A stretch of 64,000 bases of DNA from Octopus sinensis (lineage: Eukaryota), in NCBI RefSeq assembly GCF_006345805.1, contig NC_043001.1:73284001-73348000 (forward strand), read 5' to 3'. The notes beneath the pieces were generated by a model. That model searched no databases, was not told where the DNA came from, and was given only the letters and a program-made list of their open reading frames with translations. Of this stretch, positions 1 through 12,275 are shown in pieces; positions within the stretch are counted from its first letter, which is position 1; every line of letters starts with the position of its first letter. Made by a program: the position numbers and the translations under genes.

Positions 1-619
1 CAGTCATGCATGCACCTATATATTTACAGTAAAAAAAAAATAAATAAACACCAAATGAGAAAAAAATAAAGCTTTCTATAACACAGAATAAATTAATAAA
101 TTCTGTAAAATAAAAATTTCTAATATAACCCCTAATCTCTGATTTGAGGATCTTGTATTAAATCAATTGACTACTTGTACAGCATTTGCAATCTTTGTTA
201 AGAAGGATTAAAGTTAACCAGACTCTTATTTCTGTCCTCAGAAACCAGGAAGACTGTAGGAAGTTAGAAAATTATTCAGCTTATTATTATTATTCAGGTT
301 ATATGCAGGTGATAATAGCAGCGAGATTAGCTTATCTCTTTTGTACAAGCTAATCTTCTTAAAAATGTTAATATAAAGGGACAATATAGATAATATGTAA
401 CAGTATTTTACAGTGAAATTAAAGTAAAATATTTTAAGCAACAAAAAGTATAATTACAAAAATAAAGTTCACTTGTGAGCTGTGACCTTATAAAGTATTT
501 ATTTTTCAAAGGAAATACTAGCGAGTCAAATTAAAGGGCTCACTACAGCTCAGACATTTATATATATACACATAAAAGCTTAGCATTATTTGTAATTCTA
601 AGACTGAAACTAGTAAATG

Positions 620-778
620 AATTAGAATATAAATGTGTGAGTGTGTGTGTTTATGTATGTATATATACATGAGTGTGTGTACACGTGCATATGTATGTGT
701 GTGTGAGTGTAGAATGTATATGTAAGAGTGTATGTGTATATATGTGTGTGTATATGTGAATGTGTGTCTATGTATGTA

Positions 779-824
<46 letters not shown>

Positions 825-900
825 CATGTGTGTGTGTCTGTATATATATAAATGGGTGTATGTGTCTGTCTGTCTGTATGTATGTATATATATGAATATA
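620..900. repeat. Compound (TG)/(TA) microsatellite; similar tracts at 7270-7357, 7920-7990, 23390-23472, 23710-24412, 38170-38295, 41780-41972, 42470-42680, 47070-47133, 55395-55685
   Basis: Read directly from the sequence. These tracts produce the HT/YI/CV-rich ORFs in the supplied track. Confidence 0.95.
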
Positions 901-1386
901 TGTACATGCCGCCATTGCCACCACCACCACCACCTCTTCAATTGTGTATAGCTACTTAAATGTTGGATAAAAATGACAACTTCCTTACCAGAAGTCAACG
1001 AGACAACAGCCATAATGACAAGTACCACTAAGCCAATTATATTTCAAAACCAAAACATTAATAACTATACGTTTCTAGTTCTTCTTGTTGTTGCTGCTGT
1101 AATTGTTGTTATTTTAAAGTAAAAAAATAGCGGAAGTAAATGATAACATTCATTAGGAGCTCAACTGAATTCCGCAACAAAAGCAGATTATTATTTTTAA
1201 TGCGTTTGACTTGAAAGTAATCTACTTAGTGGTGACACCTAACTCACTCTCATCTCACTTATATCAATAAGTGATTTAGTGTTAACATATTCAACATAGG
1301 GAGGAGTGAAAAATGAGATACAGATAAACAAATATGTTGCAAGATAGTTAAACAGACTGTTCTGTTAAAAAAAAAGAAAAAAGAAA

Positions 1387-1790
1387 GGTGCAGGAGTGGC
1401 TGTGTGGTAAGTAGCTTGCTTAACAACCGCATGGTTCAGGGTTCAGTCCCACTGCATGGCACCTTGGGCAAGTGTCTTCTACTATAGTTTCAGGCCGACC
1501 AGAGCCTTATGAGTGGATTTGGTAGACGGAAACTGAAAGAAGCCCGTCATATATATGTATATGTATATATATATGTGTGTGTGTTTTGTTTGTGTGCCTG
1601 TGTTTGTCCCCCACCCCACCCCAACATTGCTTGACAACCGATGCTGGTGTAACTTAGCAATTCGGCAAAAGAGACCGATAGAATAAGTACTAGGCTTACA
1701 AAGAATAAATCCTGGGGTCGATTTCCTTGACTAAAGGCGGTGCTCCAGCATGGCCGCAGTCAAATGACTGAAACAAGTAAAAGAGTAAGA
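1387..1790 (+). mobile_element. tRNA-derived SINE, family A (central TA/TG microsatellite)
   Basis: Head GGTGCAGGAGTGGCTGTGTGGTAAG (A-box-like), GGTTCAGTCCC (B-box-like), CCTTGGGCAAGTGTCTT core, tail CCAGCATGGCCGCAGTC..ACTGAAACAAGTAAAAGA. Many homologous copies in the window. Confidence 0.85.
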
Positions 1791-2345
1791 CAGATAGATA
1801 GTCAAATAGATTAGTTAGCAACAGCTGCATAGTTTTATGTTAGCTTTTTTCCAAGCTGGCATGGGTTAGATGTGACTTTGTAAAGAAGTGTTCTACAGTT
1901 GGATGCTCTTCATGATGTTAGTCTTTACTTGTTCACGTGTAGGGTACAATATTCCTACCAAGCTGCCAGATATAAACAAACATTATTACTGCCTAAATAG
2001 GGTCAATTGCAAAAGCATGCAGACAAACAAATACACTCAGTAACAACACAAAGTGGTCAACTGGTAGAGTCATTAGAATATTAGATACAATGCCTTGTGG
2101 TATTTGTCTGACACTCAGCACTCCAGATTCAAATTCCATTGACGTCACTTTCGTCATTCATTTTTGTGTGGCTGATAAAAAAAAAGTGCCAATCGAAGAT
2201 GGTGAAGTGCTGGAATCATTTAGAACAGGGGTTGGCATACTTATTATATTACTGGCCTTTTCATAGCATCATTGAAAACTTATTGATACCTCTACCACCA
2301 TTATGCAAGTTTCTAAAATAAAATTAAAAAGTACAATTGATTGGC

Positions 2346-2745
2346 ACAGGTGTGGTTGTGTGGTAAGAAGCTTGCTTCCCAACCACATAGTTCTGGGTTC
2401 AACACCACTGCATGGCACCTTGGGCAAGTGTCTTCTGCTATAGTCTTGGGCTGACCAAAGCCTTGTGAGTGGATTTGGTAAACGGAAACTGAAAGAAGCC
2501 CATCATATATATATATGTGTGTGTGTGTATAAATATATGTTTGTGTAACTGTGTTTGTCGCCCCACCATTGCTTGACAACCAATGTTGGTGCGTTTACAT
2601 CCCCATAGCTTAACGGTTCGGCAAAAGAGATCAATAGAATAAGTACTAGACTAACAAAGAATAAGCCCTGGGGTCAATTTGTTCAACTAAAGGCAGTGAT
2701 CCAGCATGGCCACAGCAAATGACTGAAACAAGTAAAAGAATTAAA
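2346..2745 (+). mobile_element. SINE family A
   Basis: Same head, core and tail as 1387-1790. Confidence 0.85.
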
Positions 2746-2759
2746 GATTTTTAAAATTC

Positions 2760-2970
2760 CAAATTTTGGCACAAGGCCAGCAAGCATGGGGGAGGGAGTT
2801 AAGCCAATTATATCAATCCCAATACTCAACTGGCACTTATTTCATCAACCTCAAAAGGATGAAACTCAAAGTCGACCTCAGCAGAATTTGAACTCAGAAT
2901 GTAAAGACAAACAAAATGCTACTAAGCATTTTGCCCAGCACAGTAATGATTCTGCCAGCTTGCCACCTTC
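2760..2970 (-). mobile_element. tRNA-derived SINE, family B
   Basis: Reverse complement of GCTGGCAGAATC..GTTCTGAGTTCAAATTC..GAGGTCGAC..CATCCTTT, homologous to 31060-31296. Confidence 0.75.
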
Positions 2971-3439
2971 ATTAAAAAGTATAAATAAGAAAAAAATTTC
3001 TAGATGTAAAACAATAATTCCTTCCCTTTTGCGCCATAACTGCTTTTTAAGGAAGACTCGCATGTATGGGTCTTCATCAAAGAAAATCTTACACATACAT
3101 GTGTAGATGCATGGTCAACACTGACTAACAGAGAACTCCAACACAAAAAAAAACAAAAAAATATATATAGGACAAACCTCTGAATAGTTTTCAGCTATCA
3201 AACTTCATTCATAAGGCATTAGTCAACGCAAAGCCATAACAGAAGATAACCCAAGATATCATACAGTGGGATGGAACTTGAAATCATGTGGCAGTAAAAG
3301 CCAATTCTAAACCACACAACAATGCCTGTACCTGTAAGCCATACATACATCTATAGCTATGTCTGTGCCTTGTGTTGGTGTACACATATTTAATGCAAAG
3401 AGCATTAAAATGCTGCCCAGAAATAAGCATGTGGTGTAG

Positions 3440-3945
3440 GTGGAAGCATGGCTGTGTGGTTAAGAAGTTTACATTCTAACCATATGGTCCCAGGTTCAAT
3501 CCCACTGTGCAGCATCATGGACAAGAGTCTTCTATAGAGTCAGGCTGACCAGAGCCTTGAGAGTGGATTTAATAGACTGAGACTGAAAAGAAGCCTATTG
3601 TGTGTGAGCGGGGGGTATATACATACATATATATATATATATGAGTGTGTGTGCATATATACACATACACACCTGCATGTGAGTGTGTATGTATGTATGA
3701 GTTTCTGAGTACCCTTATCTTAACATCATGTGATGATTGTAAATAAGCATCACTGTCATACAAGCGAGGTTGTTTGTTTCCAGTCTTCTGTGAAAACCAT
3801 GTCTAGCCATGGAGGGCATATTAGCTTGCTTAGGAATGGGTGAGTGTTGATGACAGGAAGAGCATTTGGGTGTAGAAAATTTGACTAATAAATGTGTCTG
3901 ACCCATGCAAATATGGGAAGATAGACGTTGAATGAGGAAGGATGG
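3440..3945 (+). mobile_element. SINE with family-A head and RTE-type 3' tail (family D)
   Basis: A-type head, then AGGAAGAGCATT..GTAGAAA..CTGACCCATGCAAATATGG..GACGTT, matching the RTE 3' end at 63.2-63.3 kb. A similar body is at 22630-22905. Confidence 0.6.
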
Positions 3946-4479
3946 TGATAAGTAAACAGTAAAGTTAGCATCAACATATTTAATACATAGAACATTAAAA
4001 ATATATAACTAGGAATGTGGTGAGAAAAAAATTATATTAGTCAGTTTTCATCTGTCTGACAAAAAGGGAAGACAACTTCAGACATGTTTCAGTATTACTA
4101 TAACCTCATAAGCTAAGTATATCCTTTACTGTACTAGTCAAAATAATAACAAAAGAACCATTATATACAAGATTATACATTGGCTGATGTAGGAAAATAA
4201 AATTATTTATGGAATGATTAAATCCAAAATAGACATAACTCAATTTTACTTGCCATTACAACATCAAAAGGAGATAGTAAATAACATGTACTGATTATTC
4301 AATATATAATGAGATAATAACTTTGCTGAGTACAGTAAAAAGGTTAAATTACATTTAATTAGTCAATGTTCTTCCATGCTATATAATTCTGTGTTGGGAC
4401 CCAACAGTAACTGAAGATGTTTTCTATATGATGGCAAGAGTTGGTTTTAATTTTTAGCAAAAAGTAAAACATCACAGAA

Positions 4480-4900
4480 ATAAAGTGAAGAATTGTATGA
4501 ACCAAGGCTTCTTATGGCGAGATCTAACATACAGTGTGAAATAACTGGCTATCATTAAAAGAGAAGAAACAATGCAAGGGCTGTACCTAAAGCCCTTCTT
4601 TAAGTATGGTCATGTGACCTGGAACATCTACAGACAAGTATGAAAATTTATCAATGCTGCAGAGATGTGGTTCCTTAGGCAAATGCTGAAGGTGTCCTAC
4701 CAGGATAGAGCAACAAATATTGAAGGTCTCAGATGATCATAAACTCCCAGAAAACTCCTTAACATAAGGGGCAACAGGTTAAGTTCAGCTAACACCATAT
4801 GAGAAGACAAACTTAAGTGACAAGTGGAAAACTAAAAAGAAGCCAGGAAGGATAAATAAAGAAGATATGTGATGGCCTTACCATCTACCAAATTTCACTT
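4480..4900 (+). mobile_element. Decayed RTE-clade LINE 3' fragment
   Basis: Reads YGHVTW..INAAEMWFLRQMLKVSYQDRATN, a motif typical of the RTE ORF2 C-terminus, with stops and frameshifts. Confidence 0.55.
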
Positions 4901-6689
4901 ACAAGGGATAGTAGAAGCTTCCCATATTACGGAATGTCCTCTGAACAGGCCCCAAACATTTCTAGAACAATAATCATTTTATAGAATGTTCAAAAAAGTT
5001 CATGCAGTTTGTGTAGTTCACCATATAGGTTACCTTATTGCTACTGACATTGATCAGTAGGTTTTATTAAATACCTACTTTAAGGTTCACAAATGACAAA
5101 CAAGCATCATCATCATTGTTTTAATGTCTACTTTTCTATGCTAGCATGCATACATCAAATGAGACTACAGTTGGGAAGAATTTTCTGAAGATAGAGGCCC
5201 TTCCTGTTGCCAGCGTTCAGATGTTCCAGAGCAAGGCAATAATTATCCCAGTCTATCAAACAATGAACAGCCCACACATGCTTTCACAGAGGACTGCAAA
5301 AAAATAACACAGTTTTGTGTGAATGGAGATCTTTTATTTACAATCAGTGTACAGCAAATACTGAGACAAAAAGAATATGCACATAGTCTACACTTCCCCC
5401 ACACACACATACATACAAGCTTCTTCCAGTTTCCATCTAGCAAATTTCCTTCATAAGGTATCATTCAACCAGTGACTATAATAGAAGACACCAGCCACTG
5501 GTGTCCACAAAGTGGGAGTGAACCACAAACCACATTGTTCCAAAACAAAGCTCTTAACCACACAGCCAACTCTAGAGAAGATACTCATTCACAATGGTTA
5601 TTAGAAAATGAGCTGTGCTATTAGAAAACAATGTTTCCAAATCAGTGAGTACAATTAAACAGGTAATAAGTTAATTAACTAACAGGGTAACCAATTATAT
5701 AATACAATGATTAATTATTGAATAAATTGATTATCTACTTATATAACTGAATATGTAATAAAAGTACAGATAAATTGACAATGACCTTGCATAGAAGAGA
5801 ACATCAGCTGATAAAAGACATAAGATATATGTAATGGTGATGACAGTGGTGAGACATTGACATTATCAGTGAGTGCAAGAAAGGGGTTATAATGAACTAG
5901 GCTAGATATACATAAAGGGTTCACAGAACTAGGTTAGAGATATCAAACACAGACAGAAAAATATTTGTCAAATTAATATCAGGACACATGAGCTCTATTT
6001 AATGGACTTTTACTTCAGAAGATCAAGAAGTAGGTAAGAAGATCACAGGTTGGAGTGTCTGTATTATAATTATATATTTTATATCAGGATCAGTAAACAA
6101 TAGTGCCACTGGTTTGTGGTTCATTACATTTATGATAAGGAAAATGAGGGTGTTTTTAATTTGGTGCAGAACTGACACCGTAAAGGAATTTATTAGAAAA
6201 TCAATGATTTTTTTTTTAGTTTTTCACATACTTCACTTATATACATAATATCAACATCCTCCCTATCATCATTTGTCCACTTTCCCCTGCTTGCATTGAT
6301 CAAATGGAGTTTATTGAAGTAGATTTTCAAACGCCCTTCTGGTTGCCAACCTGTGCCTCTTTCCAAGAAAGGTAATATTTCCTCATTGAAAAACATGCTT
6401 TTGCACAATATTCAAAATGAATGACACTGTTTGTAGGACACTAATACTCATTTACAACTATTATGTGATGCCAAGACAAGGAGGCACAACTACACACGTG
6501 CACACACACACACACAGCAGGCTTCTTACTGTTTTCCTCATAAGGCTTTGGTCAGCATGGAGTTATTGTAGAAGACACTTGTTCAAAGGGCCATGCGGTG
6601 AGACCGTACCTGAAACCACATGGTTGGGAAGCAAACTTCTTAACCACTAAGTCATGCTTGTGAAAGGTATTCACATACTAAAGAGAGTA

Positions 6690-7090
6690 AACTGACAGAA
6701 TCATTACAGTTGCAAATAAAACACTTTGTGGTATTTATACCAGTCTTCTACAATCTGAGTTCAAATCCTACCAAGGTAAACATTGCTTTTCAACTGTCCA
6801 GAATTGATAAAATTGTACTAGCCAGATTCTAAGGGTTGATGTAATCAACCAGCCTCCATACATCAAAATTGCTGGTCTAACATCTTATTTAGAAACAATT
6901 AAACTGATTAGTAGGATCATTAGAACATGAGAAAATATAACTTGCAGTATTTGTTCCAGCTCTTTAAATTCTGAGTTCAAATCCTGTGATGATCAACTTT
7001 GCCTTTCATTCCTCTGGGGTTGATAAAATACCAGTCAATTTAATCAACTAACCTCCCTCTCTCTTCAAAATTTTAGGCCATGTACCTATG
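6690..7090 (+). mobile_element. Two tandem decayed family-B SINEs
   Basis: Two copies of TCTGAGTTCAAATCC..CAACTTTGCCTTTCA..GATAAAAT..CCAGTC. Confidence 0.6.
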
Positions 7091-7264
7091 TTAAAAATAA
7101 TTTTTATCAGCCAACTAATCAACCAATTAATTAATGAATTACTTGGTTCATTAGAGTCCTTTTTTTCACCATCTACAATCCTATCAATGATGTGCCTTTA
7201 TCTGCTTCACTTGTACCACAATCTAAATTCTCTGTGGTCTTCCTTCAGTATTTATAGCCTTTGG

Positions 7265-7351
<87 letters not shown>

Positions 7352-7750
7352 TGTGTTGCTTCAATTGGAAGGGAGGTGGTCAAGGTCAGTTAGTCTCCCT
7401 CTCCCCATATACATACAAAGCCCTACATAGCACCAACATACATACACACATGCAGATTAATGTCAGTGGCAAAAATTCAACACAAAATGGAAAACACTCA
7501 GAAGGGCCAAATCGTACAAAAACGGGATTATACAATGTGACATCAACATAGCAGTGAAGAGCCCCATACTCTAAAATATACAAACTTCTCATATGTACTT
7601 AAACATAAGATCAGAAATTTTTTGCAAATGCAAACATATCAGAAAACACTGGCTACAATACTGAAACACCACCACCTCCACATCTACCACAGACTACAAA
7701 ACCTACCACCACCTCCACAACTTCCAACAGACCAGACACAACAATATACA

Positions 7751-7782
<32 letters not shown>

Positions 7783-7942
7783 ATTTGTGAGTGAGTGATA
7801 GAGAGACCTTGTGTGTTGCTTATTTCTCTGTGCCTGGTTCCACAGTCCTGAAGTTCTAACGTTTTTTTAAGGGATATTTAATTTACATATATATGTATAT
7901 ACACTCGAACATGACATACATGTATCTATCTATCTATCTATC

Positions 7943-7991
<49 letters not shown>

Positions 7992-9072
7992 ACCAATACA
8001 CATGCACCCACAATGTATGTGCTCTTCAAACTGCCACAAAGTGGGTTTTCTGTATGCATGGGACTCAAACCCACACCTCTATATATTTATGATGTGTGCT
8101 ACCATTACACCAACATACCCACTCGCTTCTTCCTGTTAGATTTAAAAACTATAATTTCATAGTGTTGTTTTTGTAAACAAACACAAGCATGTGCATTTTC
8201 TACAATGATTTGAGAAGCAATGCTTCTCAAATCATTGTATGCTGGGTTTCAACAGTTTCTGTCAATAGAATTAACTCATTTTTAGGATTAGAGTTATAGA
8301 GGAAGACGCTAGCCCCAGAAAACTTGCCATGAAACAGAGCCCATAATCACATGGTTCTAAAGTGGTTATCTTATCCATATATCCAAACCTCTCCCTATGA
8401 AATAATTTAGTAAACATTTTGATAGAAATTACACAAAACATATTAAATACTTTGAGAGACCAAAATCAAGTTCCTAGCTATTACTTATAATTCTGCTTAG
8501 CTTTACAATTTCATAACTTCATCTTTCATCCCTTGTAAATATGTACATATACATACATATACACTACTCACACATATGCATAATCCCCTTTGAAAAATAA
8601 ATGAAAATAGGCTTCCTGAATGATAATCCTCTTTGTAAATGCTTACTAATAAGTAGTAATTCTAGTTTTCAAAAAAAAAGCTTCCTTCATTATCAGGTTC
8701 AGTGAACTTAATAAAACAACTGCAGAGGTCTTTAAACAGCTGCATATTCATAGATATCTAGAGAGTATACTTAAAACCCCCTGGAGGCAGGAATACAAAT
8801 ATTGCTCTGCTTAAAGAGTATGAAACAAAAATCCAAAGGTATTTTTATCCTTAATTAAATGTTAATTACAATACAAAATCCATCAATATTTGATGGATTA
8901 ACATTTTTCGTTATGAATTTCATTTAAATTTTACTTAATCCTTTTGGAATGAGGTCACACACATACTTTTGCTCAAACATTGGATAGAAAGGGAAGATGG
9001 TTTAACATTTTAAATATAATTTAAATCATATGGAATTAATCCTAACATATAACTTTGCTAAAATATATTGAT

Positions 9073-9410
9073 CGGCATAAGTATAGCTGTGTGCTAAGAA
9101 GTTTGCTTCTCAGCCACATGGTCCCAGATTCAAATCCCCCTCCCCACCATGTGGTACTTTGGGCTCACCAAAGCCTTGCAAGTGGATTTGATAGACAGAA
9201 ACCAAAAGAAGCCCGTCACTTGTGTGTGTGTGTGTGTGTGTGTCTTTGTTTCTGCTTGCCTCCCACCACTGCTTGACAACCAGCAGTTTGGCAAAACAGA
9301 CTGAGAGAAATAAGTACCAGGCTTAAAAAGAAAATAAGTACTGAGGTCAATTAGTTTGACAAAAAATTCTTCAAGGCATTGCCTAATAACTGAAACATGA
9401 TAAAAGATAG
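9073..9410 (+). mobile_element. SINE family A
   Basis: Homology to 1387-1790. Confidence 0.75.
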
Positions 9411-10149
9411 GAAAAACAATGAATATTATTTAAATTTAATCAGTGTTAGTAAAAGTGAGGCAAAAGCACCAACCCACCAGTGAGTGGGTAATAATATTTT
9501 GGTGCAATGAGGGTCATTTCAAGATAAGACATAAGCTACAAGTGGATAAAACTTGCAATAAAATCTTAAGACTTCTACCCAGCCAAAATCCCTGTTCTTC
9601 TGTCCCTACTCAATTCTACTCACTCCATACCTTAAGGAACCATCCTGGCATCTCATTCCCACTAAATTTATCTCTTTCCAGCTCTACTCTGCTTACTACC
9701 ATCTTTATGGCAAGAAATCTGTTCTGTTCTGGCCGCTCTTCTGATACTTTAACCCCTTATATATTTACAGGACCATCTCCCTCACTACTATAGTCCCACA
9801 CAGTTGAAGTGAATCTTAGTCTTGCAAAGTTTGTGGTGACCTCATTCATGCTGTTGCTTAGAAAGATGCACTCAGTACATCTTATAAAGTGATCAGTATT
9901 AAGAAGGGCAATCAGCTGTAGCAAAAGCAGACACTGGAGCATGATGTAGTTTTTGGACCCGTCGGATTTTGTGAAGCTGCTTAACCCATGCAAGCATGGA
10001 ACATGGACATTAAATGAGGGAATTGATAACTTCTTTTGAATATAGACATGCTGTATACTAACTTTGTCTTTTCATGGTGAGACATGTTTTTTTTTTTTTT
10101 AATTAAAGTGAAGTATGGGGCCAAAAAGATTGACAAGCACTGATCTTAA

Positions 10150-10369
10150 CCCTTTAACATTCAAGGTTCTTTGTCAAATGTAATACTTATTTATTCACAT
10201 CATTTTTGATTAATCATGCATTATCATGTAGCTTCAAGATTTTGATGGTGTATTTATATGTTTTTCGAATGACATTGTAGGATTGGTATGAGAAGTTAGA
10301 TCTGGTCAGTTTTAATATAAAACAGGTAGAATATTTGGGCAGCATATGGCCAAATTAAATGCTAAAGGG
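10150..10369. mobile_element. piggyBac-type MITE
   Basis: TTAA at 10146-10149 and 10370-10373. TIRs CCCTTTAACATT / AATGCTAAAGGG (11/12 match). Confidence 0.8.
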
Positions 10370-10849
10370 TTAATCTTTACGGAATTAGATCTCATATATA
10401 GTCTTGCTAAAACATTGGATATGAAACCATAACAACAACAAAGAAAAGAGAGTAATAAGTATTTCATGAAATCCATTTATAAAACCAATCAATATATCTT
10501 AAGAATTACTTCAGATTCAACAGAAATGGTATCAGAACCATTGACATTTTCAAGCCATTCTCAATACTAGCCATATCATCAGACAAATAAAAATATTTCA
10601 CTTCTATTCATATACAATCTACTTCCTCTAGTCTAGAATTTAATTTCAATTACTGACAAATGACATAAAATCTCAGATGTATGAAGAAACAAGAATGAGA
10701 TTAGATGATATCTAAGCTTTTCCCAGAGATAAAAATTTGTTTAATGATCACCCACAAGCAAATATGGCTTGGTAGCTTGTGCCATGCTTTCATTATTTGT
10801 TTGCAGTTTTAGGTACAAATATAGTCACAAGCAGGCATAAACCCTCTCT

Positions 10850-11070
10850 CAGCCCTCTCAAGCTTGACCTAGCAGAATGTCAAAGGTTTCATAACTTAAG
10901 AGAGTGAGAAAAGGCTGCACCAGCACAAGGTTAGTAATTCATTTATAACTGAGTAGACTGGGGCAACATGAAACAAAGTTCCATGCTCAAGAATGCAACA
11001 TACACCCTGGTCCAGGAATTGATCCCACAACCTTACACCATGAACCCAAAACCCTAATTACAAGGCCGCA
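10850..11070 (-). mobile_element. tRNA-derived SINE, family C (decayed)
   Basis: Homologous to 31700-31985. Other copies at 13660-13935 (+) and 14100-14400 (-). Confidence 0.55.
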
Positions 11071-11248
11071 TACCTACATACTTCCTAGAGATATCAGAAA
11101 TATAAAATGAAATAACAACCACCAGGAATCAAAATCAAGTAACAAGACTCACAAGATTCTCTGTTCTACAGTCTTTTTTCTTCAAGGTTTACACATCAAA
11201 CATAGCCCCACAGTCTTGAATATCGTTTTGAATAGAAACTATTAGAAA

Positions 11249-11750
11249 GGTATGGCTGTGTGTTAAGAAGTTTGTTTCCAGACCACTTGGTTCTGGATTC
11301 AGTCCCACTGCATGACACTTAAGGCAAATGTCTTCTACTATAGCCTTGGGCCAACCAAAGCCTTGTGAATGGATTTGGTAGATGGAAACTGAAACAGCCC
11401 ATCATATATATATATTTGTGTGTGTGCATGTGTGTTTGTGTCTGTCCCCCCACCACCACTTGACAACTGGTGTTGAGATGTTTACACCCCCATAACTTAG
11501 TGTTTCAGTAAAAGAGACCAATAGCCCATCATAAATATATTTGTGTGTGTGTGTGTGTGTGTCTATCCTCCACCACCACTTGACAACTGGGGTTGGGGTG
11601 TTTACATCCCTATAGCATTAGTACCAGGCTTTAAAGAAAAATAAGTACTACAGTCAATTCGTTTGACTAAAAATTCTTCAAAGCGGTGCCCCAGCATGGC
11701 CGCAGTCTAATGACTAAAACAAGTAAATGATAAATGATAAAAATAAAAGA
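11249..11750 (+). mobile_element. SINE family A with an internal duplication
   Basis: Homology to family A. The segment GCCCATCAT..CACCACCACTTGACAACTGG occurs twice. Confidence 0.8.
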
Positions 11751-11944
11751 TACCAACAAGAGGAAAGGTAAAGCTGATCTTGACTAGATTTGAACCAAGA
11801 GAGCAGAAGGTTGGAACAAACACTAGGAGGCCTTCTATCCAAGACTATCTTGACTGCTAATTTGCTGCTTTAGCACTTTTTTACCATCTTTCTCTTGAAA
11901 TACACAGCCTTTGTTCCAATTAATTCGGAAAAGGATCTTTTTTT

Positions 11945-12275
11945 TCTTTTACTTGTTTCAGTCATTAGACAATGGCCATGCTGGGTACTGCCTTGAATAA
12001 TTTTTAGTTAAATAAATCAACCCCAGTATTTTTTTTTTAAGCATGGTACTTATTTTAAGCTCTTTTACCAAACCGCTAAGTCAACACACCAAAGTCAAAC
12101 AGCAGTGAGGGACAAACACAAACACATATGTATATTTCAGTTTCCATCTATCAAATCCACTCACAAGGCTTTGGTCAGCTCGAGGCTATAGTAGAAGACA
12201 TTTCCCTAAAGTTCCCATGCAGTGGGATTGAACCCAGAACCATGTGGTCTGGAAGCAAATTTCTTACCTGCACCT
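11945..12275 (-). mobile_element. SINE family A, inverted relative to 11249-11750
   Basis: Reverse-complement homology to family A, tail-to-tail with the preceding copy. Confidence 0.8.

Noticed and set aside
181-330. Possible LIPE exon 2 (acceptor TTCCTACAG| on the minus strand)
   Set aside because: The phase-0 translation SSWFLRTEIRVW.. has no HSL similarity, and the other frames stop.
518-1028. ORFs rich in H/T/Y/I/C/V here and at 7088-7551, 23611-24546, 30534-30870, 33224-33523, 38061-38398, 41682-42798, 55395-55700
   Set aside because: They are translations of (CA)/(TA)/(TACA)/(ATT) microsatellites, not proteins.
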